DNA of 32,000 bases, from the NCBI GenBank assembly GCA_048886185.1, contig JBHLKY010000027.1, forward strand, positions 16,976-48,975, written 5' to 3'. Below the pieces are notes generated by a model that made no database searches, had not been told where the DNA came from, and saw only the letters and a program-made list of their open reading frames with translations. Shown in pieces: positions 18,208-26,112 of the stretch. The DNA comes from Candidatus Hermodarchaeota archaeon. GTDB taxonomy: Archaea > Asgardarchaeota > Heimdallarchaeia > Hodarchaeales > Hodarchaeaceae. Both the position numbers and the translations under genes were made by a program. Position 1 is the stretch's first letter. The number at the start of each line of letters is the position of its first letter.

Positions 18208-20955
18208 TTAATATTCTGATACTAGTCTTTCTTTACAAAGAGGACAGCTATTACCTTTCTCAACCTGATTGGGATGAATAAAATCAACTTGGCATTTAGT
18301 ACATTCTCTAGGATACTTCATTAATGACCCTGAACAATAAGGACATTTCCTTATTGATACAAAACATGATGAACAAATTGGGCGATAACAGTTTTCACAA
18401 TAATAAAATTGCATTGGATTTTCAGGTACATTCTGACAGATTTGGCAAGTAATTCTTAGTGATTGGGCTCTAAAGTGTTTATCATCTATTTGTGTTAAGA
18501 AAATCTTTTTTGAATGAAACCTGTGACGTAATACTTTGCGTACACTAATGTATACACTTTCAAATGGAATTCTCTTTCCTTTTAGCATCATCTTTTCTAT
18601 TTGGTCTAATCGACGTAAGAATGCATATTCCTTAATAGAATAAACCGAAATTTCAGCAGTTTGGTAAGTAATGCTACAGGAAGGACATAATAGATTCTCT
18701 CCTAATTCTTCAACTGAAATGATTGTTATGAGACATTGTGGACAGGTTAATGGTAATTCCTGTAAATCTTTATTACCACAAGAGGGGCAAGCTAACATTC
18801 TTGTTATCTCTAAACTTTTGTAACAATTTTGACAGAGATACTTAAAACATCGTTTACACTGATAAAAGATTAAATTAGAAGTAATTTCTTCATTTTTTAA
18901 CTGACATTTAGCTTGAAATTTCTCCGCAAGATAGAATCTGTTTTTAATTTGTGTTAAAATGAGCCCAGTATCTAGTGCAAAGTGTCTAGCGAATCTTATT
19001 CCATCAAAAATGTTACCTAAAGATCTTTCTAGACGATTAAATGGAATTGCATTCCCCCTTTTGATATCACGAGCAAGATCCCCAAGTTCTTGGTCAAACT
19101 TAAGACAATCTTCAGTAATGAAGAGGTCAGAGTCCTTAACGAATGTTCCTCGTTGGGGTTCTTTCATCAGTTCTTTTTTGAGGATTTCAGGATCAGTGTG
19201 GAGAATTTCAGCTAATTCACTAATTCGGACCACAGGACCTAGTTTACTGTCAACAATGATCGGATTGTTCACATCATTAGAGCTCAACAAGATAATGCTG
19301 TTCTTAATAATTTCTCTTTCACTTTTAATAAGATCTCTCAACCAACTTATTTTTACATCCAATTTTTCAGCAAAATTTGATAATTTTATTGCTTTTTCCT
19401 TTCTTATATTTTGAAATAGATCTTTCTCAAAAGAATTTAACCAATCTGGACTTATAAGGTAATTTATTCCTTTAAATGTTGGAATAATGGAAATTCCTTT
19501 GATTTTATCAGAATTTTGATCTAAATAATCTCTTAACCACGTCAAATTGATATCTAATTCCTCAGCAAGATTATTCAAACTGATTTTACCTTTATTTTGA
19601 ATTATTCCCAATAATAGATCATTAAAGGATTTTAACCACTCTGTAGTGGCAAAAGTCGGATACTTATGATAATCATGTATTTTCTGGATATTAGGGGCAA
19701 CTTTTCGTATTATTCTTTTGAAGTTAACATTATCAGGAACACCTAATTCGTTTTGTAACTCATTTATTCTAAATCGCCCTCTTGTCTGAAGTATTCTAGT
19801 AATCTCTTCCTGTAGATGTTTTGTTTCAATATCTGGTTCTCTAATCTCATATATCCGTAAAATTACACCAATTATTAGTAGAGAAAAGGTGGAAATCAAT
19901 AGAACTACAGTCATCACCATATCTAAAGAAATCACCGTCAGGCTGAGACAAACACCTAGTAAGATTGTTAGATAACGCCTATAACTCCAGCTGATCCATG
20001 TGGCTGCTAAAACTAGACAAAAAGTAATCCAATTTTGATAGAAAGCTGTAAGGATAGGAGTCAATGGATCAATAAAGTCTACTGAATACACATCGATGAA
20101 TAATGTTGAAGAAACAATTAGTCCTACAACACCAGCTTTTAAACTTCCAAATTGTTCAGTAGTATATCCTTTTTCTATTGTAACTGATATCTGATAAAGC
20201 AGGTCTGGGACACTTTTATTACTAAAATAGAGTCGTAAAATAACGAATAATCCAATAAAAAAGAATACAAGAACTATGTTTACTTGGATAATGACCAATA
20301 ATAATATTATAAAGAAAAAGAAAAAAGGAATTTCACGATCATTTTCAAAATCCTTATGAAGAAAATTGATTAACTTCCGACGATAGTTACTCAACACACG
20401 ATTGACTGTTAATGCCCATTTTGAAGTTGGACTCCCGTATTTCTTGTAAGAAACATCGGAATCGAAAAAAATGTCAAGGGAGAGAAAAATGATAAATAAA
20501 AAGAATAGAGCAAAGGGAGAAGCAAGGCCAATGTTAATATATTCTATATTCAGTAAAATACTAAGAATTCCAAGTAAAACTATTAAGGTCAACAAAAAAA
20601 TGTCAAGGAATTTTAAAAACCTTTCTTTGTAAGAAAGATGGATTAAAAATGAAGAAAATCCTTTAAGGAGAAAAATTTTTTCAATTAACGACCATAAACC
20701 CCTTAACACAAGGTATAGGGAGTAACAGAAGCATAAAATAACTACAGGGATAAAATTGGGGTTCTTAATTATATTTCGACAAAAGATGATGATATCAGAG
20801 TGTACTAAATTAGGGACTTCGATACCAATAATTTTTAAGCTAAGATTCCCAACAAGAAAGGCTAAGAGTAGTCCAAAAACGAGTGTAACACCTAGTTTCA
20901 ATACTTCAGCGCTTTCTTTTGAGTCATCACCTTTCCCGATTGGATCTAATGACAT
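18208..20955 (-). CDS. Large hypothetical polytopic membrane protein with tandem winged-helix-like repeats and two C4C4 RING-like + zinc-ribbon modules
   Basis: 915-aa ORF; roughly 10 hydrophobic segments in the N-terminal ~370 aa; four x-I/L-x-x-L-A-x-x-L repeats; 11 CxxC pairs in the C-terminal ~230 aa arranged as a duplication. Confidence 0.8.
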   Translation of the reverse strand: MSLDPIGKGDDSKESAEVLKLGVTLVFGLLLAFLVGNLSLKIIGIEVPNLVHSDIIIFCRNIIKNPNFIPVVILCFCYSLYLVLRGLWSLIEKIFLLKGFSSFLIHLSYKERFLKFLDIFLLTLIVLLGILSILLNIEYINIGLASPFALFFLFIIFLSLDIFFDSDVSYKKYGSPTSKWALTVNRVLSNYRRKLINFLHKDFENDREIPFFFFFIILLLVIIQVNIVLVFFFIGLFVILRLYFSNKSVPDLLYQISVTIEKGYTTEQFGSLKAGVVGLIVSSTLFIDVYSVDFIDPLTPILTAFYQNWITFCLVLAATWISWSYRRYLTILLGVCLSLTVISLDMVMTVVLLISTFSLLIIGVILRIYEIREPDIETKHLQEEITRILQTRGRFRINELQNELGVPDNVNFKRIIRKVAPNIQKIHDYHKYPTFATTEWLKSFNDLLLGIIQNKGKISLNNLAEELDINLTWLRDYLDQNSDKIKGISIIPTFKGINYLISPDWLNSFEKDLFQNIRKEKAIKLSNFAEKLDVKISWLRDLIKSEREIIKNSIILLSSNDVNNPIIVDSKLGPVVRISELAEILHTDPEILKKELMKEPQRGTFVKDSDLFITEDCLKFDQELGDLARDIKRGNAIPFNRLERSLGNIFDGIRFARHFALDTGLILTQIKNRFYLAEKFQAKCQLKNEEITSNLIFYQCKRCFKYLCQNCYKSLEITRMLACPSCGNKDLQELPLTCPQCLITIISVEELGENLLCPSCSITYQTAEISVYSIKEYAFLRRLDQIEKMMLKGKRIPFESVYISVRKVLRHRFHSKKIFLTQIDDKHFRAQSLRITCQICQNVPENPMQFYYCENCYRPICSSCFVSIRKCPYCSGSLMKYPRECTKCQVDFIHPNQVEKGNSCPLCKERLVSEY

Positions 20956-21161
20956 TTGAAGTTGTTTTAGCTAAAAAGTTTTTAAGGATATTTTTCTCGG
21001 AAACAGAGAGACCGAAGCTTGGTAGATTATAAATAATAATTTTCTTTTATTCTTAAAAAACTTCAATAAATGAGTAATATTCCAACCTCTTTCATAAGCT
21101 ATTTAAATTTCATAAATATCTTTTATTTAGAGAAAATTTCACAATTAATAGGTGAATTATT

Positions 21162-21668
21162 ATGAGTTTAAACGAATGTCCTAACTGTGGTGAATTGGCA
21201 AAACCCAACGAGTTTTTTTGCCAATCTTGTGGTACAGCATTAACTCGACCTGATAGACCTCGTACCCGAGAAATTCGTGGGTATATCCAGATCATTGGCA
21301 CTGTTGAGATAGTTTTCGGGATAATGGGGATCATAGGATCAATTTTTATTGGTTTTTTTGCAGTATTTATTCCTGCTTTGGTATCAGAGGGGGTACTGAA
21401 TGGGTCTGAAGAAGGTAGTATCCTAAGTTCTACCTCAACGGTTTCTTTTCTTGCAGTCCTAATTGGATTGATTGCATTGATGTTTCTCCTTTTCTCACTA
21501 GCGGCTATATTGAGTGGAATTAAATTAATGCAATACCGAAATTCGGGTCGAATTGGCACAATGATAATTGGGGCATTTTCCCTATTCATCATTCCAGTAG
21601 GAACGATATTTGGTGCGGCTGCATTATATATTTTGACAAAACCAGAAGTTGAGCCATTATTCGCATAA
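21162..21668 (+). CDS. Zinc-ribbon domain membrane protein
   Basis: CPNCG...FCQSCG N-terminus followed by about 4 hydrophobic helices; GGTGA RBS. Confidence 0.8.
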   Translation: MSLNECPNCGELAKPNEFFCQSCGTALTRPDRPRTREIRGYIQIIGTVEIVFGIMGIIGSIFIGFFAVFIPALVSEGVLNGSEEGSILSSTSTVSFLAVLIGLIALMFLLFSLAAILSGIKLMQYRNSGRIGTMIIGAFSLFIIPVGTIFGAAALYILTKPEVEPLFA

Positions 21669-21742
21669 AGGTATCAACTTCACCTCTTTTTTCAGTTAAT
21701 TTCAAAGATACATTTATAAAAGAAAACCAGAAAATTCTATTT

Positions 21743-21788
21743 AAAGACTAGAAGCAGCGGGGACTCATCTGGAGAGGTTCTACTCTTT
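21743..21788 (+). other. Predicted hairpin in the leader of the DEAD-box helicase gene
   Basis: AAAGACTAGAA (21743-21753) pairs with TTCTACTCTTT (21778-21788) at 10 of 11 positions around a GC-rich 24-nt interior; TATA-like TTTATAAA at 21713-21720. Confidence 0.4.
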
Positions 21789-21857
21789 TAACAAATATAT
21801 TAACACATTATTACCGTAGAATTTACGCAATTATTTTTATCTATCAGTGGAATTTTT

Positions 21858-23102
21858 ATGACAAATATTACTGCATTTAAACAATTAGGTATCAACGATT
21901 CTATTCTTCAGGTTTGTGTAGAAGAAGAATTCAAATTACCTACCGAAATACAAAAGAAATCAATTCCTTATGTAATTGAAGGGAGAGATGTTATTGGTGA
22001 AGCAGCAACAGGGAGTGGTAAAACACTCGCGTTTGCCTCTGGTATTATACAAGAAACAAATAGGGGGAAAGGTATTCAAGCATTGGTTATTACACCAACA
22101 CGAGAACTAACCCATCAAGTTGCTGAAATGATTAACAGTCTTTCAAAATATAAAACTCTTCGAGTGGTATCTGTATATGGAGGAGTCTCAATTCATCCCC
22201 AAATTCGCGATTTAACACGGGCAGATATCGTTATTGGGACCCCAGGACGCCTAATCGACCATATTGAGCGTAAAACTATCAATCTGAAGCGAATAAAGAC
22301 ATTAGTTCTTGATGAATGTGATCGACTCCTTGACATGGGATTCTTACCTGATATTGAACGAATTATCGTCACTCTTCCCAAGAAAAGGCAAACTCTCTTA
22401 TTTTCCGCCACTATTTCGTACGACGTGACATTGATCGCTCAGAAGTATATGAATAATCCAATTGAAATAGGAGCTAAATCGTATGTCGATCCAGGGAAAT
22501 TAACTCAAGATTATTATGGCCCCGTAAACGATTCATTAAAGTTTTCATTATTAGTCTATCTATTAAATCTGAATAAAGGAGAGGGACTTTCATTGGTGTT
22601 CTGTAACACTAGAAGGTATGCGGATATTGTTACCCAAAACCTGATCCACTCAGGGATCAAAGCAACCGTTCTTCATGGTGGTTACTCTCAATATGAGCGG
22701 GAAAAGAGATTAGATAATTTTCAGTCAGGAAAGATAAAGATTTTGGTGGCTACTGATGTTGCTGCGAGGGGATTAGATATCGAGGGGATCTCACATATCT
22801 ACAATTATGATCTTCCCTCTAATTATAAACAATATATTCATCGAATTGGAAGGACAGCACGCGCAGGGAAGTCAGGTAAAGCAATCACACTTCTATCACA
22901 AAGTGATAGCGATCAATTCTTCCATTTATTTAGAAATAATAGAATGAATATCCAAAAAGGGAAAATTCCTTTCATAAAAAAGATTCGATTAATACGAAAC
23001 ACTCCAGGGACACATAGATCTCGAAAGAGACAATCACAAGGCAATCGAGAGGTAAGACAAAACTCTTCGAAGCCAAAATCGTCCCGTTATTCGCTATATT
23101 AG
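21858..23102 (+). CDS. DEAD-box RNA helicase (motif II reads DECD)
   Basis: Q motif, ATGSGKT, PTREL, TPGRL, DECD, FSAT, ARGLD, HRIGRTARAG; basic C-terminal tail. Confidence 0.95.
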   Translation: MTNITAFKQLGINDSILQVCVEEEFKLPTEIQKKSIPYVIEGRDVIGEAATGSGKTLAFASGIIQETNRGKGIQALVITPTRELTHQVAEMINSLSKYKTLRVVSVYGGVSIHPQIRDLTRADIVIGTPGRLIDHIERKTINLKRIKTLVLDECDRLLDMGFLPDIERIIVTLPKKRQTLLFSATISYDVTLIAQKYMNNPIEIGAKSYVDPGKLTQDYYGPVNDSLKFSLLVYLLNLNKGEGLSLVFCNTRRYADIVTQNLIHSGIKATVLHGGYSQYEREKRLDNFQSGKIKILVATDVAARGLDIEGISHIYNYDLPSNYKQYIHRIGRTARAGKSGKAITLLSQSDSDQFFHLFRNNRMNIQKGKIPFIKKIRLIRNTPGTHRSRKRQSQGNREVRQNSSKPKSSRYSLY

Positions 23103-23422
23103 AGATTTCCCCTCCCTTTTTAACATTCAAAATGGATTCTAAGTTTTTTTGTTATGATGTTAAACGTGTTGACATTGGTTATGTGATCAAAAATTATTAA
23201 TAAAAATTGTTGACATGAATGAGGAATTTTAGATGGTATAATGGTTCATTCTTCATTGCATTGATGAATTTGATTCTTATTACATAAAACATTGCTAAAG
23301 ATTTCTTTTCAAGATTTTATGGATGTTTGATGAAAAATCTGATTAAATGTATTTTTCCAGATAGGATCTTGGCTTTTGGAATGGATAGGAGAAAATTATA
23401 TTGTTGATCTCAATTTGGTTGG

Positions 23423-23992
23423 CTATTTTTTAATGGCATTCCATGCAATTTTACAAGCTTCAATAATATGATCCTCATCCATGTTAATCATTCCCTCAAA
23501 ATGGAAGTTTAGTAAAGTGATGATTGGAATAAAAGCGAAAGATGTTAGAAGTGGAATTGGAAGATCTTTGATAATATATTCTTTTATACCCCGTTGGAAA
23601 AGATTATTGACATAATTATACAATTCAAAATCTTCAAGTTTGATGTTTTCCATCATTGGGGTTTGTTCGAATTTTTCACGGTAAATGAGGTAATCAGGGT
23701 GGTTAAGATTATATAAGAAGGAATTAATCCAGATAGATTTGAAGACTTGCTCGACATCCATCTCCTCATGCACCCCCTTTAATGCACCATTACTCATATC
23801 AGTTCTTATTTTTTTGTATAGCTTAGTGAAAAGGTCTTCTCTGTTTTTGAAATGGATGTAAATTGTAGCTGGAGAGATGTTAGCTTCTTTAGCAATCTTG
23901 GAGATCGAGATACCAGTAAAACTTAGCTCCTTTACCAGCTTAAGAGAAGAATTGATAATGGCATTATATTTGGTTTGATCTTTAGGCCTCAT
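23423..23992 (-). CDS. TetR/AcrR family transcriptional regulator
   Basis: N-terminal HTH ISISKIAKEANISPATIYIHFKNREDL. Confidence 0.92.
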   Translation of the reverse strand: MRPKDQTKYNAIINSSLKLVKELSFTGISISKIAKEANISPATIYIHFKNREDLFTKLYKKIRTDMSNGALKGVHEEMDVEQVFKSIWINSFLYNLNHPDYLIYREKFEQTPMMENIKLEDFELYNYVNNLFQRGIKEYIIKDLPIPLLTSFAFIPIITLLNFHFEGMINMDEDHIIEACKIAWNAIKK

Positions 23993-24051
23993 TCTATACG
24001 AAAATCTCCTTTAAATTAAATTCATAATGATTAGTCAAAAATAGAAATATA

Positions 24052-24116
24052 TATAAATGAATGTTCATTCACTTAAAAATGAATCTCATTATAAATGAAT
24101 GTTCATTCACTTAAAA
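24052..24116. promoter_or_regulatory. Duplicated 27-bp unit containing a TATA-like box and a palindromic operator (candidate TetR sites)
   Basis: TATAAATGAATGTTCATTCACTTAAAA occurs exactly at 24052-24078 and 24090-24116; each copy contains TGAATG-TT-CATTCA. Confidence 0.75.
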
Positions 24117-24127
24117 GGGTGAAAGAA

Positions 24128-24736
24128 ATGAACTTGAAAAAATCTGAAAAAATCAAAAATGAATTTTTAAAAGACTCTGGAAAATCCCTAATGAAACATC
24201 TGATATATATCAGTCTACTAGCAGTGTTGATAACGGGTACTCTCGTGATACTATTATTGGAATTATCTGGATATCCTGGTACATTGAATGATACTCAGCT
24301 AGGATTTAGTGCCGAAATAATTAAAACTCATTTTGCTATGATGAAATCTGAAGATATAGCACTCTTCATTCTAGGAAATCTCCTGGATTATGTGTTCATG
24401 ATCGCTTATGTTTGCCTTTTCTATAGTAGTGCCAGATATCTATCATGGAACTATCAACAAGGAAGTTTACCTCTAAAAGTAGGTAAGATGATTACATGGA
24501 TTGGAGTTTTGAGTGCCATCTGTGATGCAGTAGAAAATGTATTCCTCCTTTCGATGACTGCTAATCCTGTGGGTTTTCCGAACTGGCTTGCTATAGCACA
24601 TTCGACATTCGCACTTCTCAAATTCATTCTTATGAATCTGACTATAGTTTGGTTAATCCTCTTCTTCGTTTTAAACAAGATTCCCTCAATATCAAAGAGA
24701 ATAAATAGTGAAATTCCAACAAATCTTGTGAAATGA
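24128..24736 (+). CDS. Hypothetical membrane protein (about 4 TM helices); start placed at ATG 24128
   Basis: Hydrophobic segments and CDAVEN motif; the ATG at 24095 lies inside the operator repeat, whereas 24128 follows a GGGTGA RBS. Confidence 0.75.
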   Translation: MNLKKSEKIKNEFLKDSGKSLMKHLIYISLLAVLITGTLVILLLELSGYPGTLNDTQLGFSAEIIKTHFAMMKSEDIALFILGNLLDYVFMIAYVCLFYSSARYLSWNYQQGSLPLKVGKMITWIGVLSAICDAVENVFLLSMTANPVGFPNWLAIAHSTFALLKFILMNLTIVWLILFFVLNKIPSISKRINSEIPTNLVK

Positions 24737-24775
24737 GAAGGAGGAAAAAATTTTTGCTCTTCTATTTCTTTTTTC
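24737..24775 (+). terminator. Hairpin plus T-tract terminator candidate
   Basis: GAAGGAG...CTCTTC followed by TATTTCTTTTTT right after the stop codon. Confidence 0.35.
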
Positions 24776-24844
24776 AAATCACTACCACTAATTGTGGTTT
24801 AATTTATTGCATTAGAAAAACAATACAATAAAAATCAGTGAAAA

Positions 24845-25540
24845 ATGATGAATGAAACTTCTTCTGACTTAATTAAAACCATTACATTTAGAAGTGTCAA
24901 TTGTTACCTTATTAAAACTAAAAACGATTTTATTTTGGTTGACAGTGGGTTTACTAATCAACGTTCCAACATTGAAAGTGCCCTCAATAGTGCGGGTGTT
25001 CAACGTGGGAATCTCAGACTAATCTTACTGACTCATGGAGACTTTGACCATACTGGTAATTGCTCGTATCTTCGTGACAACTATCAAAGCAAGATAGCAA
25101 TGCATAAAGACGATCTAGGGATGGTTGAACATGGAGATCTCTTCTATTCTAGAAAAGGTAGAAATTTCATTATTAGAACACTTGTTAAGTTTATGTTACC
25201 CATTTTTAGAATGAATTTAAAGAAAAAGGATCAATTTACCCCAGATATTTATCTCGAGGAAGGAGATGATCTTTCTGAGCATGGTTTCAATGCTCAAGTT
25301 ATTTATATCCCTGGACACTCCAAGGGGTCTATTGCATTCCTCACAACTGAAGGAGATCTATTTATTGGTGACTTACTGGAAAATCACAAGAAACAAGGCC
25401 CAGTTAAGGGTTCTCTGATCGATGATCCTTTGGAAGTCAGTGCTAGTATTGATAAACTGGAGTCCTTACCAATAAATACTGTTTATCCTGGTCATGGGAA
25501 CCCATTCCAGATGGAAGACTTCATGAGAAACTACCAATAA
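24845..25540 (+). CDS. Metallo-beta-lactamase fold hydrolase
   Basis: LVDSG, THGDFDH (HxHxDH variant), PGHSKGS, IGD, YPGHG. Confidence 0.9.
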   Translation: MMNETSSDLIKTITFRSVNCYLIKTKNDFILVDSGFTNQRSNIESALNSAGVQRGNLRLILLTHGDFDHTGNCSYLRDNYQSKIAMHKDDLGMVEHGDLFYSRKGRNFIIRTLVKFMLPIFRMNLKKKDQFTPDIYLEEGDDLSEHGFNAQVIYIPGHSKGSIAFLTTEGDLFIGDLLENHKKQGPVKGSLIDDPLEVSASIDKLESLPINTVYPGHGNPFQMEDFMRNYQ

Positions 25541-25649
25541 TTAGATATCATAAAATTTCGTTTTTCGTTGGATAAGTCAATGTATTTATGCAAAAACATA
25601 CGTAAAATACGCTAAAGTAATGACGTCAAATTTATATTTGGTAAGCTTT

Positions 25650-25670
25650 ATTAAGTCAAATTGACTAAAT
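25650..25670. promoter_or_regulatory. 21-bp imperfect palindrome, candidate operator of the RHH-recombinase unit
   Basis: ATTAAGTCAA-A-TTGACTAAAT (9 of 10 arm positions pair); TATA-like TTTATAT at 25631-25637. Confidence 0.45.
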
Positions 25671-25701
25671 TATCTTGGATCATTTTTTGAGGTTTTTGAT
25701 C

Positions 25702-26112
25702 TTGGATAATAATATACAACCAAAAAAGGCTAAGGGGAAGCCTATAGAAGACAAGATTAAATGGACGATTTGGTGGACTCCAGAAGAGTATAAAAAATTC
25801 GTTAATGTCCAAAAAGCGACTGGAAAACGCACTTTAGCAGCTCTTGTGAGAAATTTAGTAGATCTTGCAGACAAAAATCCTGACGCTCTAGAAATAACAG
25901 GTGATCAAGATTTTAATGAGATTATCAGTGAATTAAAAGAATCTTTTATTGAATCAAACAAAGAAAGAGTTAATTATCGTAAATCTGTTGAAAAAAACTT
26001 TATTCGACTCAATAGAAAGATTAATTTACTTTTAGAGAAGCAAAATATCGATAAAACTACCATTCAAGCACTGGATGGTGAAGATACAACAGGAGAGGCA
26101 ATATTTGAATAA
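25702..26112 (+). CDS. Small DNA-binding protein, ribbon-helix-helix/CopG-like N-terminus plus coiled coil; start placed at TTG 25702
   Basis: KWTIWWTPEEYKKFVNVQKATGKRTLAALVRNLV has the beta-strand + two-helix RHH pattern; GAGGT RBS before TTG 25702 (ORF track start is 25675). Confidence 0.5.
   Translation: MDNNIQPKKAKGKPIEDKIKWTIWWTPEEYKKFVNVQKATGKRTLAALVRNLVDLADKNPDALEITGDQDFNEIISELKESFIESNKERVNYRKSVEKNFIRLNRKINLLLEKQNIDKTTIQALDGEDTTGEAIFE

Noticed and set aside
18959-19414. 151-aa antisense ORF inside the 915-aa gene, and the other nested or antisense ORFs in the track (e.g. 3772-4125, 13907-14194, 16239-16547, 21110-21592, 24454-24777)
   Set aside because: These are shadow ORFs fully overlapping well-supported genes, with no motifs of their own
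20995-21025. GAGAGACCGAAG resembles glycine riboswitch motifs
   Set aside because: No intervening stem and no CTCTCAGG element; too short to form the aptamer
21771-21792. GGAGAGGTTCTA resembles the 5' part of the preQ1-I riboswitch
   Set aside because: The loop is too short and the required A-rich 3' tail is replaced by Ts; the downstream gene is unrelated to queuosine
23210-23242. TTGACA...TATAAT sigma70-like promoter
   Set aside because: The spacer is 21 bp, no gene follows on that strand, and the genome looks archaeal
23103-23422. 320-bp gap between convergent genes, with TGTTGACAT twice (23167, 23208) and short protein-like fragments
   Set aside because: All frames are interrupted by many stops, no family is recognisable, and a 9-mer repeat is expected by chance in AT-rich DNA
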